Part shown: one piece after another, positions 24,024 to 31,064 of the stretch
How the letters are laid out: each line of letters begins with the position of its first letter
Position numbering within the stretch: position 1 is the first letter of the stretch
Origin: a virus
DNA: 54,041 bases
Reading direction: 5' to 3' (one strand)
Virus record (IMG/VR): IMGVR_UViG_3300025168_000117
Notes under the pieces: generated by a model
The model's input: the letters and a program-made list of their open reading frames with translations, nothing else
What the model was told of the DNA's origin: nothing
Databases searched by the model: none
Position numbers and translations under genes: made by a program

Positions 24024-24052
24024 ATCATATCTTATCTGCTCAATTAAGTAAA
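24024..24052 (-). promoter_or_regulatory. Sigma70-type promoter copy (TTTACT-N17-TATGAT)
   Basis: On the minus strand the -35 is at 24047..24052 and the -10 at 24024..24029, with a 17-bp spacer. The hexamers are identical to those at 25167..25195, 30441..30469 and 37326..37354. The site is intergenic and correctly oriented. Confidence 0.65.
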
Positions 24053-24063
24053 GCTTTTTGTAA

Positions 24064-24459
24064 TTAAAAGTTAGGTTTCCCATCAATGACTATTATCTTA
24101 ACACCTTTAGGAAACATAGATTTGTAGTAATTTAAGTCTTCTTCAGAATATTCAAGTGTTAATTTCTCTTCCATCGTTGCAGCTATTTCAGAAGGTTTTG
24201 GACCTTTAACTTTAATATTTGAAGATCCAGACTCAAAAGTCATATCATAAACTGTAAATATTTGAGCCATCATCTGAGGTCTATAATTATCTTGCTTTCT
24301 TTTCCGACCCCAAACTTTAATATTTCTCCCAAGAGTAAAACAATAATCCCAAGCTTTTCCATCATCAGGATTATCTTCGTAAGTTTTTTCTGAAAAGTTC
24401 CACTCTGGCCAAGATTTTTGAAAGTTTGTTACAGTTTTAATTAAAAGTAAATTAGACAT
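24064..24459 (-). CDS. Early-region protein of unknown function (131 aa)
   Basis: Track ORF overlapping the upstream ORF by 8 nt. Confidence 0.7.
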   Translation of the reverse strand: MSNLLLIKTVTNFQKSWPEWNFSEKTYEDNPDDGKAWDYCFTLGRNIKVWGRKRKQDNYRPQMMAQIFTVYDMTFESGSSNIKVKGPKPSEIAATMEEKLTLEYSEEDLNYYKSMFPKGVKIIVIDGKPNF

Positions 24460-24952
24460 ATTGTTGCTCCTCCTTTTCCATCCAGTAAGGTTTAGTATTG
24501 ATAACTTTGTTCCATGTAGCTATTTCGCTTTTATCACCTATGTAATATTTTCTATAGGCTCTAACTGGATCATCATCTTTATAATGGTCTGGCATACATT
24601 GTACATGAGGTGTTCTTATGGAAGACTCAAAATCAAAAGGAGTTTTATCATAAGATAAATCCATGATTACTTGCTGGCATTTATGGATCTTATTATATCT
24701 TCTTGTGTATTCAAAGCATAATTCTAAACCATGATACCAAAGCCAATTGTAATTCCCGAAAGAATCTCCTGCCCATAGAGTGCAAGGATGATTTTTGAAT
24801 GCTTCTTTATATTGTACTTTATCGCCATAACCATACCTATGCCAAACACTAGATAGCATCTGGGCAGACTCTAAAGGCATTTTTACAATATGTTTGTCGC
24901 ATAACATTTTTGCTGCATCTTCAGACATATAATCTAAAACAAATATATTCAT
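24452..24952 (-). CDS. Conserved-looking phage protein of unknown function (166 aa)
   Basis: Track ORF. The N-terminal MNIFVLDYMSEDAAKMLCDKHIVKMPLESAQMLSS...NHPCTLWAGDSFGNYNWLWYHGLELCFEYTRRYNKIH resembles a widespread phage/bacterial family that I cannot name with confidence. Confidence 0.7.
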   Translation of the reverse strand: MNIFVLDYMSEDAAKMLCDKHIVKMPLESAQMLSSVWHRYGYGDKVQYKEAFKNHPCTLWAGDSFGNYNWLWYHGLELCFEYTRRYNKIHKCQQVIMDLSYDKTPFDFESSIRTPHVQCMPDHYKDDDPVRAYRKYYIGDKSEIATWNKVINTKPYWMEKEEQQYV

Positions 24953-25134
24953 TATATCTCTCCTTGGCTAATTGCAGCATTATCTAATTCTACTTCTTGC
25001 TCTTGTTTCTTTTTCTTAGCAAGAATTTTAGCACGACGTTTTAAATAAGCTTTATAACTTTTGCCACCGACAGAAGCTTTAGGATTATAATAGTCAGAGA
25101 AGTCTAACATATACGAAGTAGTAAATTTTGACAT
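24952..25134 (-). CDS. Small basic early protein (60 aa)
   Basis: Track ORF and the first gene of the minus-strand arm. It is preceded by TTTAGAAAGGAA and promoter copy 25167..25195. Confidence 0.7.
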   Translation of the reverse strand: MSKFTTSYMLDFSDYYNPKASVGGKSYKAYLKRRAKILAKKKKQEQEVELDNAAISQGEI

Positions 25135-25166
25135 TTTTTATTCCTTTCTAAATTGTCTATATACCT

Positions 25167-25195
25167 ATCATACGCCAATAAAAAACATAAGTAAA
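25167..25195 (-). promoter_or_regulatory. Sigma70-type promoter copy (TTTACT-N17-TATGAT) for the minus-strand arm
   Basis: On the minus strand the -35 is at 25190..25195 and the -10 at 25167..25172. The downstream leader plus first 8 coding nt (25127..25161) is a 35-nt perfect match to 37359..37393. Confidence 0.7.
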
Positions 25196-25196
25196 C

Positions 25197-25304
25197 AAAA
25201 AAGTTACCGAACTTTTAAAAAAGTTACCTCAATTAAATCAGTTAGGTAACGCATTAAGATCTTTACTTAGCAACACTTTGCTAACAAACGAAACCATCGT
25301 TACC
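25197..25304. promoter_or_regulatory. Cluster of four GTTACC/GGTAAC sites in the divergent control region
   Basis: AAAAAAGTTACC occurs at 25197..25208 and again at 25217..25228, a 20-bp period. GGTAAC is at 25245..25250 (inverted) and GTTACC at 25299..25304. All lie between the divergent promoters. Confidence 0.45.
25267..25284. other. Perfect 7-bp inverted repeat ttagcaa-cact-ttgctaa
   Basis: Read directly. It lies in the divergent intergenic region between the GTTACC sites. Confidence 0.4.
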
Positions 25305-25337
25305 AAGAAACCTCTGATTTAGAAAAAAGTTTTTTAG

Positions 25338-25364
25338 TTTCCAAATTCTCTCTTATAGTATAAT
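25338..25364 (+). promoter_or_regulatory. Candidate promoter for the plus-strand arm (TTTCCA-N15-TATAAT)
   Basis: A perfect TATAAT lies at 25359..25364. The upstream context TTTAGTTTCC parallels the TTTAGTTTAC of the 30441 copy, but the spacer is only 15 bp. Confidence 0.35.
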
Positions 25365-25428
25365 CTTGTATTAAATATTATAAGAATACCTTATAGTAAA
25401 AGGACTTATAATTTAGAAAGGAAACGAA

Positions 25429-25815
25429 ATGCCAAATGTATATATAGTCCAACGTCCAAAAATGAATAAATTTGGATGGGTGCCTGATTTAACAGATGCA
25501 TCTCGTTATGGGAAATTAATTCCAATATTTGAAGATAATGACAATCCTCAATTTCTTCCTGGACCATCAATCCAGAAAGCAAGAAGGATAATGAAGGACT
25601 TCAACCCAGAAGATTTTCTTCTGTGGCCAGGAGGTGGAGACCCAACAGCTGTTATGATAGTTTCAATGATAGCTGGAGAAATTTCTCCAATAGTAAATGT
25701 TCTCAGATGGGAACGTAATATCGAGCAAGGTGGTAGAGATCGACGAATTGGTTGGTATATGCCTTTAACCTTGGAATTGAGAAAGGAAGCGAATTATGGA
25801 AATAAATCTGCTTGA
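25429..25815 (+). CDS. First early protein of the plus arm, unknown function (128 aa)
   Basis: Track ORF with TTTAGAAAGGAA 5 nt upstream. The alternating beta-alpha-like pattern (VYIVQRP...GKLIPIF...DFLLWPGGGDP...) suggests a Rossmann-like fold; this is tentative. Confidence 0.7.
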   Translation: MPNVYIVQRPKMNKFGWVPDLTDASRYGKLIPIFEDNDNPQFLPGPSIQKARRIMKDFNPEDFLLWPGGGDPTAVMIVSMIAGEISPIVNVLRWERNIEQGGRDRRIGWYMPLTLELRKEANYGNKSA

Positions 25816-26383
25816 CGATGTAGCATCTTCATCAAATGAATTAGGTGCAGTAAGTGAGTTGGCTGAAAGACAGTTACAGTTAGAAGATGATATTGTAGCT
25901 CTTGAGGATCAACTTAAACAAGCGAAGCAAGACCTCAAAAGAGTTGCTGAGCAAGATCTCCCTGAACTTATGCAAAGTTTAAATATAAAGGAGTTCAAGC
26001 TAAATGATGGCACTCGCATTACAGTGAATGATATTGTCTCAGGGTCTATCCCATCACAAGGAGCTATAGATAAAGCAAAAGGTGATAAAAGAGACGATCT
26101 CAAACTGCGTCAAGAACGATGTTTTGATTATTTAAGGAATGAGAAAGCTTCTTCTATGATTAAAAATATTGTTGAGGTTCAGTTTCAATCAGGTGAGGAT
26201 GAAAAGTGCGCAGAGTTTAAAGAAGCACTAGGAGAAACAGATCACTTGTATTCGAGCAAAGCTGGAGTTCATCCAAGTAGTTTAAATGCTTGGCTTAAAG
26301 AGCAAATTGCGGAAGGCAAGAATGTTCCTTATGAGGACTTCAAAGTATTCACTGGCAATCGTGCCAAAATTGAGAGGAAATAA
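25796..26383 (+). CDS. Coiled-coil protein of unknown function (195 aa)
   Basis: Track ORF with AGAAAGGAA SD 8 nt upstream. The N-terminus is a coiled coil (LQLEDDIVALEDQLKQAKQDLKRVAEQDL). Confidence 0.7.
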   Translation: MEINLLDDVASSSNELGAVSELAERQLQLEDDIVALEDQLKQAKQDLKRVAEQDLPELMQSLNIKEFKLNDGTRITVNDIVSGSIPSQGAIDKAKGDKRDDLKLRQERCFDYLRNEKASSMIKNIVEVQFQSGEDEKCAEFKEALGETDHLYSSKAGVHPSSLNAWLKEQIAEGKNVPYEDFKVFTGNRAKIERK

Positions 26384-26384
26384 C

Positions 26385-27194
26385 ATGTCTAAAGAACTAG
26401 AAGAAAAAAAGAGTAATGGTATAACAACATTCGATGCATCCATATTAATTGAAGATGCAGGTGTTGGTCAAGAAACTATGTCACGTGATGATTATATGAT
26501 TCCGAGACTTCAAGTGCTACAATCACTATCCCCACAAGTTAACAAAAGGGATGGTTCTTATGTTGAAGGTGCTGAAGCTGGTTTTATATATAACACAGTG
26601 ACACAAGAAGCTTATGATGGTGAAGAAGGAATAATTGTTGTTCCTGTTAGCTATCGTCGTGCATATATAGAGTGGAAACCTAGAGGTGCTGGGGGTGGTT
26701 TAGTAAATGACCATGGCAGTGATAGTTCTATCCTAGCAAGTTGCACAAGAGATCCAGAATCTTATCGTGATGTTACTAAAGAAGGTAATGAGATTGTAAC
26801 AACAGCTGAATATTATGTTTACATAGTTGATGTTAAAACTGGAATTTTTAATCAAGCATTACTATCAATGACTTCATCTCAGCTTAAAAAAGCTAAAAGA
26901 TGGAACTCTATGATAGCACAACTACAAGTTCCTAATCCTAATGGTGGGACATTTAATCCTGCATGTTTCTGGAATGCTTATAAATTGACTACTGTACCAG
27001 AAGAAAATGACAAGGGTAGTTGGTTCGGTTGGCAAGTTGACCAATTGTATGATGCTCAATCAGGTGGTATAATAGGCAAGATTCCTGGAGGAGAAAGCAT
27101 TTACCTAGCAGCAAGATCTTTTAGAGAGCAGATCCAATCAGGGAATGTAAAAGTTTCTCCTGATAGTGTCAACGAAACAGAAGAAAACTTCTAA
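26385..27194 (+). CDS. Putative ssDNA-binding / annealing protein (269 aa), start moved to MSKELEE
   Basis: Track ORF 26286..27194. The ATG at 26385 follows GAGAGGAAA and the upstream stop. The protein has an acidic C-terminal tail ending in Phe (SVNETEENF), as in SSB and T7 gp2.5. It sits in the replication operon and is followed by a hairpin. Function is inferred, not matched. Confidence 0.4.
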   Translation: MSKELEEKKSNGITTFDASILIEDAGVGQETMSRDDYMIPRLQVLQSLSPQVNKRDGSYVEGAEAGFIYNTVTQEAYDGEEGIIVVPVSYRRAYIEWKPRGAGGGLVNDHGSDSSILASCTRDPESYRDVTKEGNEIVTTAEYYVYIVDVKTGIFNQALLSMTSSQLKKAKRWNSMIAQLQVPNPNGGTFNPACFWNAYKLTTVPEENDKGSWFGWQVDQLYDAQSGGIIGKIPGGESIYLAARSFREQIQSGNVKVSPDSVNETEENF

Positions 27195-27206
27195 CAATAC
27201 TGATAG

Positions 27207-27228
27207 TGGGTGGTGTAAAAGCCACCCA
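27207..27228 (+). terminator. GC-rich hairpin (possible attenuator/terminator) after the SSB-like gene
   Basis: The arms tgggtgg (27207..27213) and ccaccca (27222..27228) flank an 8-nt loop and are followed by tgttt. The U-tract is weak. Confidence 0.4.
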
Positions 27229-27247
27229 TGTTTAGAAAGGAAGACAA

Positions 27248-28780
27248 ATGGATCTTACAAAAAGATTTATGAAATTGTTTGATGGCTATCAAAATGCTTA
27301 TGGTCAATATAGAACAGTTACAGAAGAAGCAGATGGCAAGCTATCAGGCAGAGCTCTGACAATTTCAGAGAAAGTTTCTGTTAAAGATTTTGAAGACCAC
27401 TTGATAGGTGATGGCTCAATACTCGGCATCATAATGTTAAAAGAAGACAACACTTGTAGTTTTGGTTGCATTGATATAGACATACGTGGTATGGTTAAAT
27501 TAGAAGAGCCATTAGAAGAATTAGAAAAAAGAGTTCAAAGCATGCCATTAGTTATGTGCAGATCTAAAAGTGGTGGTGCTCATTTATATTTATTTGCAGA
27601 TCCTCCTATAAAAGCCACAAAGATGGTTAGCAAGCTTACAGAATTTGCAGCACAATTAGGCTATGGTGGTGTAGAGATATTCCCAAAGCAAGTCCAAAGA
27701 GCTAATGAAAGAGATAGAGGAAACTGGATTAATTTATGTTATCATGGTGGTGAGAAGTCTGAACGATATGCAATTAAAAATGGAAAGAGATTAAATTTAA
27801 AAGAATTTATAGAATTTGCAGAAGAGAAAACTTGCACAGTAAAAGAATTAGACTCTTATGAGCCAGAGCTGAAGGCTATATTTGAAGATGGTCCTCCTTG
27901 CCTGCAATACCTATCTACAATGGGATTCCCAGAAGGAACTCGTAATGTTTCTTTATTCAACATTGGTGTTTATTATAGGAAAAAGAATCCCGATGATTGG
28001 CAAGAAGATGTTATGCGTCACAATTATGAATTTGTTAAACCTGCTTTATCAGCCACAGAAGTTAGTGGGATAATAAAAGGTGTAGCAAAGAAAGATTACA
28101 TTTACACATGCAAACAATCTCCATTGTGTAATTATTGTGAGAAATCTAAATGCTTGAAAAGACCTTTTGGTATAGGTGGTGGAGGTGGAGGTGGTCAGAC
28201 TATAGAGATAGATGCCATAACTAAATATGAAACTGAAAACAAAATGTCTGTAAGATGGTATATAGAGATTGGAGGAGAAAGAATAGAAGTAACAACTGAA
28301 CAATTGCTAGACCAGAAAAGATTGCAGAAAATATGTGTGGAAAGATTAAACAAATGCCCAAGCACTATGCCAGCACCAAAATGGGAGTCAAGAGTAAATG
28401 AGTTATTAGAGGTTGTTGAAGTTATCCACGACCCAGACGATGCATCACCTAAAGGACAATTTGAAAAATTACTTGATACATTTTTAACTGGTAAAGTTCA
28501 AGCAAGACATCGTGATGAGATTATGAATGGGAAGCCATGGAACAATACAGAAGATGCAAGAGTTTATTTCCGTTCAGAAGACATGTTTGTTTATCTAGAT
28601 ACAAGAAGATATAAATATTCCACCCAACATCAAATATGGTCTTGGTTAAGAGAAGGTGGTGCTGAAAGGAAAACATTTAGAATTAAAGGCAAACCAGTTA
28701 AAGTTTGGTCTGTTAATGCACCTGAATTTTTCGATGAAGAAGAACTTGAAATACCATCAACTGTAAAGGAGGATTTTTAA
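27248..28780 (+). CDS. Archaeo-eukaryotic-type primase (prim-pol) with PriCT-like domain (510 aa)
   Basis: FGCIDIDIRG is the DxD metal motif and SKSGGAHLYLFA the sGxH motif. PPCLQYL...GTRNVSLFNIGVYYRK is PriCT-like. A G7 linker is present and the protein ends in the acidic tail STVKEDF. Confidence 0.7.
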   Translation: MDLTKRFMKLFDGYQNAYGQYRTVTEEADGKLSGRALTISEKVSVKDFEDHLIGDGSILGIIMLKEDNTCSFGCIDIDIRGMVKLEEPLEELEKRVQSMPLVMCRSKSGGAHLYLFADPPIKATKMVSKLTEFAAQLGYGGVEIFPKQVQRANERDRGNWINLCYHGGEKSERYAIKNGKRLNLKEFIEFAEEKTCTVKELDSYEPELKAIFEDGPPCLQYLSTMGFPEGTRNVSLFNIGVYYRKKNPDDWQEDVMRHNYEFVKPALSATEVSGIIKGVAKKDYIYTCKQSPLCNYCEKSKCLKRPFGIGGGGGGGQTIEIDAITKYETENKMSVRWYIEIGGERIEVTTEQLLDQKRLQKICVERLNKCPSTMPAPKWESRVNELLEVVEVIHDPDDASPKGQFEKLLDTFLTGKVQARHRDEIMNGKPWNNTEDARVYFRSEDMFVYLDTRRYKYSTQHQIWSWLREGGAERKTFRIKGKPVKVWSVNAPEFFDEEELEIPSTVKEDF

Positions 28781-28986
28781 TGGCTGATTGGGTAACAGAG
28801 AAAACTAATGAAGAAATTTTAAAAAAAGTTAAACAAGAGATAGAAGACTTTGATATCTTAGAGCTTGTTTTAGGTACAGAGCAAATTATTGAGGAAGGAA
28901 GATTTCCTCATAATATTCTAGGGACTGTTGTATCTCTTAAAAAAATAATAGGAAAGATCAAAGATGGAAGTCGAATCAAATCATAG
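28780..28986 (+). CDS. Small protein of unknown function (68 aa)
   Basis: Track ORF coupled by TAATG to the primase stop. Confidence 0.6.
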   Translation: MADWVTEKTNEEILKKVKQEIEDFDILELVLGTEQIIEEGRFPHNILGTVVSLKKIIGKIKDGSRIKS

Positions 28987-30433
28987 AGTTAATATTATTC
29001 TTGGTCCTCCAGGAACTGGTAAAACAACAGCTTTACTTAATGTTGTAGATAGAGCTCTTGAGTCTGGTACACCACCAGAAAGAATAGCATTTTTAGCATT
29101 CACTCGCAAAGCTGCAAATGAAGCTATTGAAAGAGCAATGTCTCGCTTTGGTTTTGAAGAAGATCGCCTTCCTTATTTTAGAACAATGCACTCTTTAGCT
29201 TTTAAACAATTAGGATTAAGACGTGATGAAGTTATGACAACCAATCATTACAAAAAGCTCGGCAAAGCTATGGGGATAAGTTTCCGAGGAGTTTATGATG
29301 AGGTAACTCATATCCCAACTGGAGATAGTTTAGGAGACAAATGTGCACGTGTTGATGCACTTTCTAGAATGGGTATGAGAGATCTGCATAAGCAATTTGA
29401 AATACTTAATGTAGAGGATTTAAATTTCCATGCTGTTCAGCAATATCAAAAAGCTTTAAAGCTTTACAAACAAGAACTAGGATTATTTGACTTTACAGAC
29501 ATGCTAGAGAAATATGAAGGAACATTGCCCATAGACATATGCATATTTGATGAAGCTCAAGACCTGTCTTCTTTACAATATAAGATGGGAATAAAGTTAG
29601 CGAAAGATGCAAAGAAAATTTACATAGCTGGAGATGATGACCAAGCTATATTTGGTTGGGCTGGTGCTGATGTATCTAAGTTCTTATCTTTAAAAGGCAA
29701 TAAGATAGTCTTGCCAAGATCTTATAGAATACCAAAGTCTGTCCACTTTTTAGCTTCCTCTGTCCTTTATAGGATAAAAAATAGATATAGTAAAAATTGG
29801 AAACCTAAATTAGATAGAGGTTCTGTTGAGTGGTTGTCTAATGAACAAGAAGTTAAACTTAATGGAGAGTGGCTCTTATTGGCTCGCTCTAAATATTTAT
29901 TGGTAAGATTTAAGCAAGTTGCTAGACAGCAAGGTCGTGCTTATTCAATGTTTGGTAAAAGCTCATTAGATAGTGATGTAACCAAAGCTATAATTTCTTG
30001 GGAGTCTTTACGAAAAGGCAATTCTTTAAAACCTTCAGAAGCTAAAAATATTTTAAATTATTTGCCAATAAAGCATACACTTAGAAAACTTAAATCTTAC
30101 AAAATCCAAGATATTGGTTTGCCAGAAAGTTTTTTAAAACAAGATTGGATGTCTGTTTTAAAATTAATTCCGCCAGATGAAAGAGAGTATGTAAGGTCTT
30201 GTTTAAGGAATGGTGAGAAAATTAATGAAAAGCCTAAAATTATTATTAGTACAATTCATCAAGTGAAAGGAGGAGAGGCAGATAATGTGATGCTATTAAC
30301 TGACATTGGAACTAAGTCTTGGCAGAACATGCACAAAGATGAAGAATTAAGAGTCTGGTATGTAGCATTAACAAGGACAAAAAGCAAGCTATTCCTTGTA
30401 AGACCAAACTCTTTAAAGTTTTTCGAATTTTAA
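28964..30433 (+). CDS. UvrD/Rep-like superfamily-1 helicase (489 aa)
   Basis: The motifs are ILGPPGTGKTT (Walker A), IFDEAQD (Walker B), AGDDDQAIFGWAG, TIHQVKGGEADNV and YVALTRTK. Confidence 0.8.
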   Translation: MEVESNHRVNIILGPPGTGKTTALLNVVDRALESGTPPERIAFLAFTRKAANEAIERAMSRFGFEEDRLPYFRTMHSLAFKQLGLRRDEVMTTNHYKKLGKAMGISFRGVYDEVTHIPTGDSLGDKCARVDALSRMGMRDLHKQFEILNVEDLNFHAVQQYQKALKLYKQELGLFDFTDMLEKYEGTLPIDICIFDEAQDLSSLQYKMGIKLAKDAKKIYIAGDDDQAIFGWAGADVSKFLSLKGNKIVLPRSYRIPKSVHFLASSVLYRIKNRYSKNWKPKLDRGSVEWLSNEQEVKLNGEWLLLARSKYLLVRFKQVARQQGRAYSMFGKSSLDSDVTKAIISWESLRKGNSLKPSEAKNILNYLPIKHTLRKLKSYKIQDIGLPESFLKQDWMSVLKLIPPDEREYVRSCLRNGEKINEKPKIIISTIHQVKGGEADNVMLLTDIGTKSWQNMHKDEELRVWYVALTRTKSKLFLVRPNSLKFFEF

Positions 30434-30440
30434 ATTTTAG

Positions 30441-30469
30441 TTTACTTTTTTTAAATTGAGAGATATGAT
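30441..30469 (+). promoter_or_regulatory. Sigma70-type promoter copy (TTTACT-N17-TATGAT)
   Basis: The -35 is at 30441..30446 and the -10 at 30464..30469. The site is intergenic, 47 nt upstream of the ATG at 30516. Confidence 0.65.
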
Positions 30470-30515
30470 TTAATTATTAAGAAAGGAACAAATATTTTTT
30501 TAGAAAGGAAAAATA

Positions 30516-31064
30516 ATGTTTATGTTTAAAATATCATTAAAAAGATATGGCAATACAAAAGACTCTATAATTGCCTATACAAGTAAAAACGAATCTAAAA
30601 TGGATGGAGTTTCAGGAATTTTTGTTGAGAGTGAAGACAATTTTTTTGACAACCATATATTCAGAAATGAGGATTTTATTTCTTTGTACAATTCTTTATC
30701 AACAAAGGACAGAGTCCAAAGATTTTCTGATAGACGGACAGCAGTAAAAAGAACTTGGGCTGTTTTTTCAGATTTAGCTTCAAGGAAATTAATACAAGTT
30801 AAAGACTCAACAGTAAGTGGCAATAATGCTCTTTTGAAAACTTTAGGAGTTAGAGGTAGAAAATCTAAACACGAAGGCAAAAGAATTATATTAAAAGAAA
30901 CTTACGATAAAAATCCTAGAAGAAAATTTAGTCATGGTTATAATTCTTTTGAAATTTTGATGAGGAACCCAGAGATTCTTTATGAACAGTACATCGCCAA
31001 AGGAGGAAGAAGACAAGACCTTGCTTGGGATTTACACATGAAAAGAGTTAAAGTTATAAAATGA
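30516..31064 (+). CDS. Protein of unknown function with C-terminal domain shared with ORF 37386..38066 (182 aa)
   Basis: Track ORF. The C-terminal NPRRKFSHGYNSFEILMRNPEILYEQYIAKGGRRQDLAWDLHMKRVKVIK is ~50% identical to the C-terminus of the 226-aa protein. Confidence 0.7.
   Translation: MFMFKISLKRYGNTKDSIIAYTSKNESKMDGVSGIFVESEDNFFDNHIFRNEDFISLYNSLSTKDRVQRFSDRRTAVKRTWAVFSDLASRKLIQVKDSTVSGNNALLKTLGVRGRKSKHEGKRIILKETYDKNPRRKFSHGYNSFEILMRNPEILYEQYIAKGGRRQDLAWDLHMKRVKVIK

Noticed and set aside
26286-26384. The 33-codon N-terminal extension of the SSB-like ORF (MLGLKSKLRKARMFLM...).
   Set aside because: It overlaps the 3' end of the upstream gene. The ATG at 26385 has a proper SD and starts right after the upstream stop.
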